From Eubacteriales bacterium (GTDB taxonomy: Bacteria; Bacillota; Clostridia; Oscillospirales; CAG-272), in contig JBGVFO010000167.1 of the NCBI GenBank assembly GCA_045121195.1, positions 26,015 through 90,014 on the forward strand: a stretch of DNA of 64,000 bases. Direction: 5' to 3'. Each line of letters starts with the position of its first letter. The first letter of the stretch is position 1. The translations under genes and the position numbers were made by a program. The notes under the pieces are model-generated. The model was not told the origin of the DNA and ran no database searches. It worked only from the letters and a program-made list of their open reading frames with translations. Shown piece by piece: positions 18,654 through 30,117 of this stretch.

Positions 18654-19179
18654 CGCATACGAATACGGCAAGGCTCTGTTCTCCTTGGCGGAGGAAGAGG
18701 GCATTGCCGACGAGGTGTTCGCGGAGCTTTCAGCGGTGACGGGGATTCTTTCGGATGCCCCCGATTACAAAACGCTTCTGGATACGCCCGCCATTCCCTC
18801 GGGAGAAAAGCCGAGGCTGATCGACGAGGCGTTTGCTTCGGCGCATCCTTACGTTCGGGATTTTATCAAGATCCTGAGTGAGAGGCGCGCCATCGGTGCT
18901 CTTGAGGAATGCGCCCGCGCGTACGGCGCGTGTCTTGACGAGAGCCGCGGTATTCTGCGAGCGGTGGCAAGAACTGCCGTTCCTATGACCGAGGCGCAGA
19001 TCGGGAAGCTTGCCGACAAGATCTCGGCTATCACGGGCAAGACGGCGATCCTTACCAACGAGTGCGATCCGTCGGTCATCGGCGGCGTGACGCTGCTCTA
19101 TGACGGCTCCCGCTTTGACGGAAGCGTCAGCGCGCGGCTTGAAAATTTCCGCCGTCAGCTTTCCGCCCTGACTCTCTGA
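18646..19179 (+). CDS. atpH: F0F1 ATP synthase subunit delta
   Basis: MINAYEYGKALFSLAEEEG... and the C-terminal ...VIGGVTLLYDGSRFDGSVSARLENFRRQL are delta/OSCP hallmarks. Confidence 0.88.
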   Translation: MINAYEYGKALFSLAEEEGIADEVFAELSAVTGILSDAPDYKTLLDTPAIPSGEKPRLIDEAFASAHPYVRDFIKILSERRAIGALEECARAYGACLDESRGILRAVARTAVPMTEAQIGKLADKISAITGKTAILTNECDPSVIGGVTLLYDGSRFDGSVSARLENFRRQLSALTL

Positions 19180-19242
19180 TCGGAGAAGGGACATATTGCA
19201 ACATCCGAGGCGGTAGCCTCGGGTCGAAAGGAATTTGTTACA

Positions 19243-20766
19243 ATGCAGCTTAAAATTGACGAAATAAGCAAGGTTATAAAAGAACAGATCAAGCATTATT
19301 CCGACAAGACCGTGCGCGACGAAACGGGTAACGTGATCCAGGTCGGCGACGGAATTGCCAAGGTGTTTGGTCTTGATCAGTGCCGCTCCAACGAGCTTTT
19401 GAAATTCTGCAACGGCTCTTACGGTATGGCGCTGAATCTCGAGGAAAATTGCGTTTCCGCCGTGCTTTTGGGTACGGACGTGGGCATTTCCGAGGGAAGC
19501 GTGGTTACCAGAACGGGTAACGTTGTTTCGGTTCCCGTTGGCGAGGCGATGATCGGACGCGTGGTAGATGCGCTCGGTCAGCCCATCGACGGCAAGGGAC
19601 CCATCAATCACAGTGAGATCCGACCCATCGAACGCAAGGCGCCCGGCATCATTGAAAGAAAGTCGGTTTCCGTGCCCCTTCAGACGGGTATCAAGGCGAT
19701 CGACGCCATGATCCCCATCGGTCGCGGTCAGCGTGAGCTGATCATCGGCGACCGCCAGACGGGTAAGACGGTCATCGCAACCGATACCATTATCAATCAA
19801 AAGGGTAAGGACGTGATCTGTATCTACGTTGCCATCGGTCAGAAGCAGTCTACCGTGGCGGGCATCGTAGATACCCTTTCCAAGAACGGCGCTATGGATT
19901 ACAGCATCGTCGTGAGCGCCTCGGCTTCCGAAATGGCACCCCTTCAGTACATCGCGCCCTACGCGGGCTGTACTATGGGTGAGTATTTCATGGAGCAGGG
20001 CAAGGACGTTCTCATCATTTACGACGACCTTTCCAAGCACGCGGTGGCGTATCGCGCCCTGTCGCTACTGATCCGCCGTCCTCCGGGACGCGAGGCGTAC
20101 CCCGGTGACGTATTCTATCTTCACTCCAGACTTCTCGAGCGTGCGGCAAGACTGTCCCCCGAATGCGGAGGCGGCTCGCTGACTGCGCTTCCTATTATCG
20201 AAACCCAGGCGGGTGACGTTTCGGCGTACATTCCCACCAACGTGATCTCCATCACAGACGGACAGATCTTCTTAGAGACCGAGCTGTTCCACGCAGGTGT
20301 TCGCCCCGCGGTCAACCCCGGCATCTCGGTATCCCGAGTCGGCGGTAATGCCCAGATCAAGGCGATGAAGAAGGTCGCGGGTACCCTCAAGCTTCTGTAT
20401 TCGCAGTACCGTGAGCTTCAGGCGTTCGCCCAGTTCGGCTCGGATCTTGACGCCGATACCAAGCGCCGTCTTGAGCAGGGCGCCCGTATCGTTGAGGTGC
20501 TGAAGCAGGACAGAAATGCTCCCGTTGCAGTAGAGAATCAGGTGGCTATTATGTATGCGGTCACGCACGATCTGCTTTCTGACCTTCCCGTAGATCGGGT
20601 AAGGGATTTTGAGCCCTTCCTCTTTGAGTATCTCGGCAATCACCATGAAGAGACTCTTGCGGCAATCCGTGACACGGGTGTGCTTTCCGAGGAAACCGAA
20701 AACGCGCTTCACGACGCTATCCTTACCGCCAAGAATCGGTATATGGGAAACGCGCTGGAAGCGTAA
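19243..20766 (+). CDS. atpA: F0F1 ATP synthase subunit alpha
   Basis: GDRQTGKT Walker [15 protein letters not shown], and the ...[18 protein letters not shown]... block. Confidence 0.97.
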   Translation: MQLKIDEISKVIKEQIKHYSDKTVRDETGNVIQVGDGIAKVFGLDQCRSNELLKFCNGSYGMALNLEENCVSAVLLGTDVGISEGSVVTRTGNVVSVPVGEAMIGRVVDALGQPIDGKGPINHSEIRPIERKAPGIIERKSVSVPLQTGIKAIDAMIPIGRGQRELIIGDRQTGKTVIATDTIINQKGKDVICIYVAIGQKQSTVAGIVDTLSKNGAMDYSIVVSASASEMAPLQYIAPYAGCTMGEYFMEQGKDVLIIYDDLSKHAVAYRALSLLIRRPPGREAYPGDVFYLHSRLLERAARLSPECGGGSLTALPIIETQAGDVSAYIPTNVISITDGQIFLETELFHAGVRPAVNPGISVSRVGGNAQIKAMKKVAGTLKLLYSQYRELQAFAQFGSDLDADTKRRLEQGARIVEVLKQDRNAPVAVENQVAIMYAVTHDLLSDLPVDRVRDFEPFLFEYLGNHHEETLAAIRDTGVLSEETENALHDAILTAKNRYMGNALEA

Positions 20767-20787
20767 CGGGATCGGTGGGTGATAGCA

Positions 20788-21642
20788 ATGGCAGGAATGT
20801 CCATCAATAGCATCAAATCACGGATCAAAAGTGTTTCAAGCACAAGACAGATCACTCGCGCAATGGAGCTGGTGTCGTCCTCGAAGCTTCGCCGCGCCAA
20901 GGAGCGTGCGGAGGGATCCCGTCCCTTTCATACGGCCTTGACCGATGCCATCGAGGATCTGATGGCGGCAAGTGGCGCTTGTGGTGGGGATAGCATCTTT
21001 CTGCAGCCGCGTGAGGTCAAGAAGACCTGCTTCGTGGTGATCGCGGGGGACCGCGGTCTTGCGGGTGCGTATAACAGCAATCTGTTCCGCCACACCGAGG
21101 CACTTTCCCGCGGACAGGACTTTTGTGTTCTTCCCATCGGAAAGAAGGCGGTCGACCATTTCCGTCGCCGCGGCGCGGAATGCATCGACGTGAACTGTCC
21201 CTCCTTGGCGGCGGCTGACGTTGGCGTTTGCACCGGCATCGCCTCGACCCTTTGCCGTGCCTATCGGGAGGGTAAGATCGACCGCGTCGTGGTGATCTAT
21301 ACCAAGTTCGTTTCTATGCTCTCGCAGGTGACGGCGGACGAGCAGATCCTGCCCGTTCCCATGCCCGAGAAGGGGGAACGGACGGTCAAGGAGTTTCAGA
21401 TCGACAGCGACCCCGTCGAGCTGATCGACGCCATGGTTCCGTTCTGCGTTTCGGGTCTGCTCTTCACGGCAGTTGCCGAGGCGACCGCGTCGGAGCACGG
21501 TGCAAGACGAAACGCCATGAGCTCGGCGAGCAAGAACGCGGGAGAATTGATCGATACCCTTCAGCTTCGCTTTAACCGCGCGCGTCAGGCGGCGATCACG
21601 CAGGAGATCAGCGAGATCGTTTCGGGCGCGGACGCACTTTGA
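20788..21642 (+). CDS. atpG: F0F1 ATP synthase subunit gamma
   Basis: MAGMSINSIKSRIKSVSSTRQITRAMELVSSSKLRRA is a canonical gamma N-terminus. Confidence 0.9.
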   Translation: MAGMSINSIKSRIKSVSSTRQITRAMELVSSSKLRRAKERAEGSRPFHTALTDAIEDLMAASGACGGDSIFLQPREVKKTCFVVIAGDRGLAGAYNSNLFRHTEALSRGQDFCVLPIGKKAVDHFRRRGAECIDVNCPSLAAADVGVCTGIASTLCRAYREGKIDRVVVIYTKFVSMLSQVTADEQILPVPMPEKGERTVKEFQIDSDPVELIDAMVPFCVSGLLFTAVAEATASEHGARRNAMSSASKNAGELIDTLQLRFNRARQAAITQEISEIVSGADAL

Positions 21643-23486
<1,844 letters not shown>

Positions 23487-23491
23487 AATAA

Positions 23492-23526
23492 AGCTCCGCT
23501 CGGATTTGCCGAGCGGAGCTTTTGAC
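23492..23526. terminator. bidirectional rho-independent terminator between atpC and mgtE
   Basis: AGCTCCGCTCGGatttgCCGAGCGGAGCT followed by TTTT. Confidence 0.75.
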
Positions 23527-24899
23527 TATATCAAAAGGGACATTGCGACTTGGAAATAGATGATCAGCGAAACGGCGTCTACGATGGTGGTGATAAAGGG
23601 AGAAGCCATAACGGCAGGGTCAAGTCCGATCTTTTTAGCAAGAACGGGTAGGGTGCCGCCGACAAACTTCGCCACGACCACGGTGCATACGAGGGTAATG
23701 GAAACGACAGCGGCTTGCATCAGCGAAACGTTGTTTCCGAAAATGAGGTTGTCAACAAGGAGGATCTTGAGGAAGTTGCAGACCGAAAGAACGACACCGC
23801 AGAGAAGTCCTATGCGGAGCTCCTTCCAAATGATCTTGAGGATATCCCGCATACGGATCTCATCAAGGGCAAGACCGCGAATAATGGTGACCGACGCCTG
23901 ACCGCCCGAGTTTCCACCCGTGTCCATCAGCATGGGAATAAAGGCGATGAGAGCGGGGAAGAGCGCCAGGGACTCCTCAAAGCCCGCGATGATCTCACCC
24001 GTAAAGGTGGCAGATACCATAAGGAGCAGCAGCCACGGGATTCGCTTTTTGAAGATCTCCCATACGTTGGATTTCAGATAGGGACGGTTGTCGGGGACCA
24101 GCGCCGCCATCTTTTCGATATCCTCGGTTGCTTCCTCCTCCATAACGTCAAGGGCGTCGTCAACCGTTACGATTCCCACAAGCCGTTTTTCACGGTCTAC
24201 GATGGGAAGCGCCAGCAGATCGTATTTGGAGATCATTGCCGCCACGTCCTCTCGGTGGTCGGTGGTGGAGGCCATGACAAGCTCGGTGCTCATAATGTCC
24301 GACAGCAGAGCATCCGAGTCGGCAAAGAGAAGATCCTTAAGGGATACGGTGCCGTGGAGATGCCGCGCGTTGTCGATGATGTACGCCGTGTAGACCGTCT
24401 CCTTGTCCACACCGGTGCGACGAATGCGGGCAACCGCCTCGTTTACCGTCATATTCTCCTTGAGATCAATAAACTCGGCAGTCATAACGCTACCCGCCGA
24501 ATTTTCGGGATAGCTCAGGAATTTGTTGATCAAAAGACGGGTTTCGGGCTTGGTGACGCGAAGGATGCGCTTGACCATGCTGGCGGGAAGCTCCTCCAGA
24601 AGGTCGACGGCGTCGTCAATGAAAAGCTCGTCTACAAGAAGCGCGAGATCGGTGTCCTTGGTGGTAAGAACGATCTGTTCAATGGCGTCCGAATCCAGCT
24701 CGGCAAATACGTCGGCGGCGATATCCTTGCGAAGCAGTCGGAAGGCGGCGAGGAGCCGATCCCCCTCAAGGGTAGACAGGTAGTCAGCCACGTCCACGGC
24801 ATTCATCGTGTCCACCGATTCAGTAAATGCGTGATATTGCTTTTGCTCAAGGGCTAAGGTCAATTCTTCAAAGCGTTCTTCACGGGTCAAGGGAATCAC
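23526..24899 (-). CDS. mgtE: magnesium transporter MgtE
   Basis: N-terminal MgtE-N region, tandem CBS region, and a C-terminal TM domain with GGNSGGQAS and PFITTIVD motifs. Confidence 0.9.
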   Translation of the reverse strand: MIPLTREERFEELTLALEQKQYHAFTESVDTMNAVDVADYLSTLEGDRLLAAFRLLRKDIAADVFAELDSDAIEQIVLTTKDTDLALLVDELFIDDAVDLLEELPASMVKRILRVTKPETRLLINKFLSYPENSAGSVMTAEFIDLKENMTVNEAVARIRRTGVDKETVYTAYIIDNARHLHGTVSLKDLLFADSDALLSDIMSTELVMASTTDHREDVAAMISKYDLLALPIVDREKRLVGIVTVDDALDVMEEEATEDIEKMAALVPDNRPYLKSNVWEIFKKRIPWLLLLMVSATFTGEIIAGFEESLALFPALIAFIPMLMDTGGNSGGQASVTIIRGLALDEIRMRDILKIIWKELRIGLLCGVVLSVCNFLKILLVDNLIFGNNVSLMQAAVVSITLVCTVVVAKFVGGTLPVLAKKIGLDPAVMASPFITTIVDAVSLIIYFQVAMSLLI

Positions 24900-25041
24900 C
24901 TCCCGATGGTTTTTTATTAGTATAGCCCGAGATGTTCATTTTGTCAAGGTATAAATTTTTAACAAAGGATGATAAATAATTTTTCAAAAGCCCTTGATTT
25001 TTTACTTGGGATGTGATACAATAGCAGGGTCAATCGAATAT

Positions 25042-25128
25042 GCCGGAATGATGGAATTGGCAGACGTGCTGGACTCAAAATCCAGTGGTAGCGATACCGT
25101 GCGGGTTCGACCCCCGCTTCCGGCACCA
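25042..25128 (+). tRNA. tRNA-Leu (anticodon CAA), long variable arm
   Basis: GCCGGAATGATGGAATTGGCAGACGTGCTGGACTCAAAATCCAGTGGTAGCGATACCGTGCGGGTTCGACCCCCGCTTCCGGCACCA. Anticodon loop is CUCAAAA. TTGATT-17-TACAAT promoter upstream. Confidence 0.85.
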
Positions 25129-25132
25129 AAAA

Positions 25133-25166
25133 AGACCGAGAGGCAACTGCCTCTCGGCTTTTTTGT
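25133..25166 (+). terminator. rho-independent terminator after tRNA-Leu
   Basis: GACCGAGAGGcaactgCCTCTCGGC followed by TTTTTTG. Confidence 0.75.
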
Positions 25167-25330
25167 GCTTTGATATTCATTTGCAGGATCCTTTTTATTC
25201 TTCATTTGTTCAATGGGAATTTTGAACGATTGTGAAAGGATACGTACGAAAATCTATTGCAAATATGATGGAATATGATATAATATTCCTGTAAATGATA
25301 AATTCTCTGTCATGAAAAAGAGGAACGAAT

Positions 25331-27076
25331 ATGAATTTTTCGGTTAAAATGAAGGAGCAGAATGAGAACGTCAGAATCGTGCTTTCCGAGCGGACAGGGG
25401 AGAACGGAATTCTCCTTGTGGACGTGGATGTTTCTTACGCCGAGGCGCAGGTGCCCGAGCCTTTTTCGGTCTGCTTTGAGGTCCCTTGCGTGAATATGTA
25501 TTCCACGTGGGGCGCGACTCTGGGGATGGAGCGGAATCTTGCGCCCGGTTGGAGGCGAAGGAAAACCTACTCCCGTCTGGCGTCGGGGGCTCCATTGCAT
25601 CAGGTACTCTCCTCCGACGGCAGAAACCGACTGACCATTGCCTTGTCCGACGCGATGACACCCACCGAGATTTCTTCGGGAATTAAAGAAGAAACGGCAG
25701 GATTATACTGCGAGGTGCGTTTCTTTACTATGCCCGTTAACAGCCTCTCCGAGTATCATGCCACAATTTACGTGGATCAAAACGACTGCCCTTATGAGGC
25801 TTCGCTGAAGGCGGCGGAGCGCTATTGGGCGGAGGAATGCGGCTACCCTTGCGCGTATATTCCCGACGCGGCGAGACGTCCTATGTACTCTTGCTGGTAC
25901 TCCTTCCATCAGCATATTGACGTGCATGCCATCGTAGAGCAATGCCGCTTGGCAAAAGCCATGGGAATGGACAGCGTTATTGTGGATGATGGCTGGCAGA
26001 CCGAGGACAACTCCCGCGGATATGCCTTCTGCGGCGACTGGGAGGTCGCGTCCTCCAAGATTCCCGATATGAAGGATTTTGTGGATCGCGTACATGAGAC
26101 GGGAATGAAGTTTATTCTTTGGTACTCGGTGCCTTTTATGGGCAAGCGCACCAAGGCGTTTGAGCGCTTTCACGATATGATATTGGGATACTCCACGGCG
26201 GGAAAGACGTTTGCCTCTCTTGACCCCAGATTTCCCGCGGTGAGAGAATATCTGATCGACACCTACCGCCGTGCCGCCGAGGATTGGGGACTTGATGGCT
26301 TTAAGCTGGACTTTATCGATTCCTTCAAGCTGCTTCCCGAAACCCCCGCCTTTGACGAGCGCTGGGATACCTTATCCCTTGAGGAAGGCGTTGACCGACT
26401 GCTGAAGGGGATCACCGATTCGCTTCGTGCCATCAATCCCGATATGTTGATCGAATTCCGCCAGTCCTACTTCGGTCCTACCATCCGCAAATACGGCAAT
26501 ATGATCCGTGTGGCGGACTGCCCGAACGATTCCTTTATGAACCACCTCAGCGGCACCGATCTGCGCTTCTGCCTCGGCAAGACCCCCGTCCACTCGGATA
26601 TGCTGATGTGGCATAACGACGATCCCGTGGAAGCAGCGGCGTATCAGGTGGTCTGCACGCTGTTCACCGTTCCGCAGATCTCGGTGCTTCTCGATAAGAT
26701 CCCCGAGGATCACAAAAAGATGTTACGCTTCTATCTCGGCTTCTGGAATGAAAACCGCGACGTATTGCTTGACGGTGATTTTTCGGCGGAGAATCCCGAG
26801 TCCCTCTATTCGCTGGTGAAGGCAGAACGGGACGGACGGATCGTCGCCGTGGCGCACGCAAAACCGATTCTGACGGTGGAGGATCTCAACAAACTGAGCT
26901 TTGTGAACGCTTCGAATGAGCAGACGCTTGTTCTTCGTGCCGCGACCGATCTTGGTAAGCGCGCTTTCCGCGTGCTGGACTGTATGGGCAACGTAACCGA
27001 GCAGGGAACGCTTGACCTTGCCAAGGGACTGCACGAATTTTTCGTCCCCCGTTGCGGTATGGTTGAAATTCAATAA
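25331..27076 (+). CDS. alpha-galactosidase (melibiase), GH36-type
   Basis: 581 aa. VIVDDGWQ and GFKLDFID match the GH36/GH27 catalytic (beta/alpha)8 region. Confidence 0.7.
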   Translation: MNFSVKMKEQNENVRIVLSERTGENGILLVDVDVSYAEAQVPEPFSVCFEVPCVNMYSTWGATLGMERNLAPGWRRRKTYSRLASGAPLHQVLSSDGRNRLTIALSDAMTPTEISSGIKEETAGLYCEVRFFTMPVNSLSEYHATIYVDQNDCPYEASLKAAERYWAEECGYPCAYIPDAARRPMYSCWYSFHQHIDVHAIVEQCRLAKAMGMDSVIVDDGWQTEDNSRGYAFCGDWEVASSKIPDMKDFVDRVHETGMKFILWYSVPFMGKRTKAFERFHDMILGYSTAGKTFASLDPRFPAVREYLIDTYRRAAEDWGLDGFKLDFIDSFKLLPETPAFDERWDTLSLEEGVDRLLKGITDSLRAINPDMLIEFRQSYFGPTIRKYGNMIRVADCPNDSFMNHLSGTDLRFCLGKTPVHSDMLMWHNDDPVEAAAYQVVCTLFTVPQISVLLDKIPEDHKKMLRFYLGFWNENRDVLLDGDFSAENPESLYSLVKAERDGRIVAVAHAKPILTVEDLNKLSFVNASNEQTLVLRAATDLGKRAFRVLDCMGNVTEQGTLDLAKGLHEFFVPRCGMVEIQ

Positions 27077-27077
27077 T

Positions 27078-27112
27078 AAAAAACGGCTTCCCGCAGGGAA
27101 GCCGTTTTCACT
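27078..27112. terminator. bidirectional terminator between alpha-galactosidase and tyrS
   Basis: AAAACGGCTTCCCgcagGGAAGCCGTTTT. Confidence 0.65.
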
Positions 27113-27116
27113 TTAT

Positions 27117-28334
27117 TTACAGAGTGACCTTCATAAAGCTCTTCTTGCCGCGCTTGAGCACGATGCCGTTCTTAAGAACATCGGCGGTGAAGCTTGCCTT
27201 GATGTCGGTAACCTTTTCGCCGTCAACGGTCACGCCGCCTTGCTCGACCGCGCGTCTTGCCTCGGACTTCGAGGGAACAAGACCGGTCTTGACAAGCAGA
27301 GTAAGAACGTCGATGGCACCGTCAACCAGATCGTCGGCGGAAAGCTCCTTGGTAGGCATATTGTCGGTGTTACCTGCACCGAAGAGTGCGCGCGCGCCCT
27401 CCTGTGCCTTGGCAGCCTCCTCCTCGCCGTGAACCAGCTTGGTAAGCTCGTATGCAAGGATCTCCTTGGCGCGGTTGAGCTGTGCGCCCTCCCAATCGTT
27501 CATCTTGTCGATCTCCTCAAGAGGAAGGAAGGTCAGCATACGGATACACTTGAGAACGTCTGCGTCCTCAATGTTTCTCCAGTACTGGTAGAACTCGTAG
27601 GGCGTAGTTTTGTTGGGATCAAGCCAAACGGCGCCCTTGGCGGTCTTGCCCATCTTCTTGCCCTCGGAGTTGAGGAGCAGGGTGATGGTCATGGCGTGAG
27701 CGTCCTCGCCAAGCTTGCGGCGGATCAGCTCGGTGCCGCCCAGCATATTGGACCACTGGTCGTTACCGCCGAACTGCAGGTTACAGCCGTGGGTCTGGAA
27801 CAGATGATAGAAGTCGTAGGACTGCATGATCATATAGTTGAATTCGAGGAAGGAAAGACCCTTCTCCATTCTTTGCTTGTAGCACTCGGCACGGAGCATA
27901 TTGTTGACCGAGAAGCAAGCGCCTACCTCACGCAGAAGCTCTACGTAATTCAGGTCAAGAAGCCAGTCGGCGTTGTTCACCATCTGTGCCTTGCCCTCGC
28001 CGAACTCAATGAAGCGCTCCATCTGCTTCTTGAAGCAATCGCAGTTATGCTGAATGGTCTCCACCGTCATCATGGAACGCATATCGGTTCTGCCCGAGGG
28101 GTCACCGACCATTGCGGTTCCGCCGCCGATGAGGGCGATGGGGCGGTTGCCCGCCATCTGCAGACGCTTCATCAGGCAAAGTGCCATAAAGTGACCTACG
28201 TGCAGAGAGTCCGCCGTGGGGTCGAAGCCAATGTAAAAGGTGGCTTTTCCGTTATTGATGAGATTTTTGATCTCTTCTTCATTGGTTACCTGAGCGATCA
28301 GGCCGCGGGCAACCAACTCGTCGTAGATTGTCAT
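27117..28334 (-). CDS. tyrS: tyrosine--tRNA ligase
   Basis: HIGH motif (DSLHVGHF), KMSKS-like KMGKT, and a C-terminal S4 domain. ATG at 28334 (MTIYDELVARGL). The upstream ORF extension in the track was discarded. Confidence 0.95.
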   Translation of the reverse strand: MTIYDELVARGLIAQVTNEEEIKNLINNGKATFYIGFDPTADSLHVGHFMALCLMKRLQMAGNRPIALIGGGTAMVGDPSGRTDMRSMMTVETIQHNCDCFKKQMERFIEFGEGKAQMVNNADWLLDLNYVELLREVGACFSVNNMLRAECYKQRMEKGLSFLEFNYMIMQSYDFYHLFQTHGCNLQFGGNDQWSNMLGGTELIRRKLGEDAHAMTITLLLNSEGKKMGKTAKGAVWLDPNKTTPYEFYQYWRNIEDADVLKCIRMLTFLPLEEIDKMNDWEGAQLNRAKEILAYELTKLVHGEEEAAKAQEGARALFGAGNTDNMPTKELSADDLVDGAIDVLTLLVKTGLVPSKSEARRAVEQGGVTVDGEKVTDIKASFTADVLKNGIVLKRGKKSFMKVTL

Positions 28335-28392
28335 ATCAGAAATCCTTTCGTGTTGTAAATCAAAGTAATTATATATCACTTGTCCCGAAATG

Positions 28393-30090
28393 TCAAGAGT
28401 CGACCTCGCATTTGTCGGGATTTTCGGTTTTTGCGATGAGAATGCCCTCAATATCATCTTGGGTTTCTACTAAGAAGCCGCCGATGTGGGAGGATATGGG
28501 AGTGTTCGGGACATACTCGACCACAACGTCGCGGCTCATTTCCTCAAGGTCGGCAAGCAGGTCCTCGCCCGTAGGACGGACGGAGAGCACCTTTCCGTCG
28601 GCGATCAAAGCGCCGACGTAGCCGTACAGCTTCTTCAGATCGGCAAAATCGGGGATGCCGTCGGCGGTATACAGGGGATCCAAATAAAAGATCTTGGTGC
28701 CTTTTCCTTGCGCGGTGGCAGAGGGGGTCACCGCGGGGAGGGGCGCAACCGTAACGGCGGAAAAAGCGGTCTCAGCGGTCTTATCCATAGTAAGGCAAGG
28801 AGAATTTCCACGAAGGGCAAACTCCGCCTGCGCGCGATACAGACCGAGAATGGTACCCAGCGCCTCGCCCACACGCCGAGGGGACAGGGTAAGAGCGGCG
28901 GCGAGCTTGGTCTTCGTTACGTCAGCACCTGCGGCTACACAGTGGGACAGAGAATACACGGTGCCAAGCAGGGCGGCGCGGAAGGAGGCGGTGCTGTGGG
29001 CGTCCACCTTCACTACGGCATTCCGTTTGCCGTTCAAGGTACACGTTCCTATGCGCGCGAGGGACACGTCCGCTTGCCCGTCCCTCGGGGCTTCCACCGT
29101 CGCGGTACACAGACGGGAGAAGGTGAGGGAGCGAAGAAAGGAGAGGGGGAACTGCATCGAGGCTCCGTTTGCCGTGACGTGCAGGGTGTCGGCAGATCCG
29201 ATTTTTGCCAGCAGACAGACGCGAAGATCGCAGTCCTGCGCCTCAAGCAGAAGGTCGGCAGAGCGGGACGGTGATGCGATCAAGAGAGCGCCGGTGACGG
29301 GCTGAACAAGGGCGGACACGGGGTCCGTATCCTTAAATACCCGCTCGGGATATACGGTCATACCTGCCTCCATATCCGCAAGGAGAGGAAGCAGGGCTTG
29401 CTTTTTAGCGATGCTGATACGCTTGACGACCTCGGCGGTCGTGGGAGAGGAAAGAAATTCCGAAAGTGTACGGAAAAAAGGCTCATTGGCGTCTTCAGGA
29501 GAGAGGACGGCAAACACGTAATCACCTGCCGTCGGGGCGTGTCTGTTTTCCGCGAAGGCGCGGGGACGGACGCCGATGGAAATATCGGTGTCCTCATTGC
29601 CGGAGGAGGCGGTGTGCTGATAGCCGTCGGCGGCAAGAAGCAGATCGCGGTAGGGAGAGAAACGAATGCCGACGTCGGCGGGAGAGGCATCCTCGGGGTC
29701 GTGAAGCGTGAGCCACGCCTCCATAAGTCCCGCGAGGGTCGCAAGAGAAAGAGGCTTTTTATCGGCGCGCTGTGCCGCGCTTCTTCTCGTCATCAGATCG
29801 GCAAAGGTATCCGCGATCGCGTCGCTTTCGGTGGTCATTTCCAAAAGTAAGAGGGTGTCGGGGCGGGTGTAGCCGTCCTGTACGATGCTATCCAGCAGTC
29901 GAAGCTCCTCGATACGGGGATCCCGCTTTTGCGTGCGGTAATAGCTCTGACAAAAGCGCAGACCGAGGCTTCCCATAGAGAGGGAAAGCTCTCTTGCCAG
30001 CCTTGACAGATCGTGCTCGGAGAAAAACGGAAAATTTACGAGCGAAATATCGGCGGTATCAAAGACCTTCGCGGATTCGTTCTGATTCAT
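28393..30090 (-). CDS. hypothetical 565-aa protein (possible PurM/AIR-synthase-like fold; unassigned)
   Basis: Long acidic/alanine-rich ORF with no motif I can name with confidence. Sits between mtaB and tyrS in the same orientation with short gaps. Confidence 0.3.
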   Translation of the reverse strand: MNQNESAKVFDTADISLVNFPFFSEHDLSRLARELSLSMGSLGLRFCQSYYRTQKRDPRIEELRLLDSIVQDGYTRPDTLLLLEMTTESDAIADTFADLMTRRSAAQRADKKPLSLATLAGLMEAWLTLHDPEDASPADVGIRFSPYRDLLLAADGYQHTASSGNEDTDISIGVRPRAFAENRHAPTAGDYVFAVLSPEDANEPFFRTLSEFLSSPTTAEVVKRISIAKKQALLPLLADMEAGMTVYPERVFKDTDPVSALVQPVTGALLIASPSRSADLLLEAQDCDLRVCLLAKIGSADTLHVTANGASMQFPLSFLRSLTFSRLCTATVEAPRDGQADVSLARIGTCTLNGKRNAVVKVDAHSTASFRAALLGTVYSLSHCVAAGADVTKTKLAAALTLSPRRVGEALGTILGLYRAQAEFALRGNSPCLTMDKTAETAFSAVTVAPLPAVTPSATAQGKGTKIFYLDPLYTADGIPDFADLKKLYGYVGALIADGKVLSVRPTGEDLLADLEEMSRDVVVEYVPNTPISSHIGGFLVETQDDIEGILIAKTENPDKCEVDS

Positions 30091-30117
30091 AGGTATCCTT
30101 TCTTCGCGCTTTGCGGC

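Noticed and set aside
23715-24857. 380-aa plus-strand ORF opposite mgtE
   Set aside because: Antisense shadow ORF. mgtE on the minus strand has all the family motifs.
27012-28358. 448-aa plus-strand ORF opposite tyrS
   Set aside because: Antisense to tyrS, which carries HIGH/KMSKS motifs.
28335-28460. Possible T-box leader upstream of tyrS
   Set aside because: Only ~58 bp separate tyrS from the upstream same-strand gene, far too short for a T-box riboswitch (~250 nt). No specifier/T-box motif seen.
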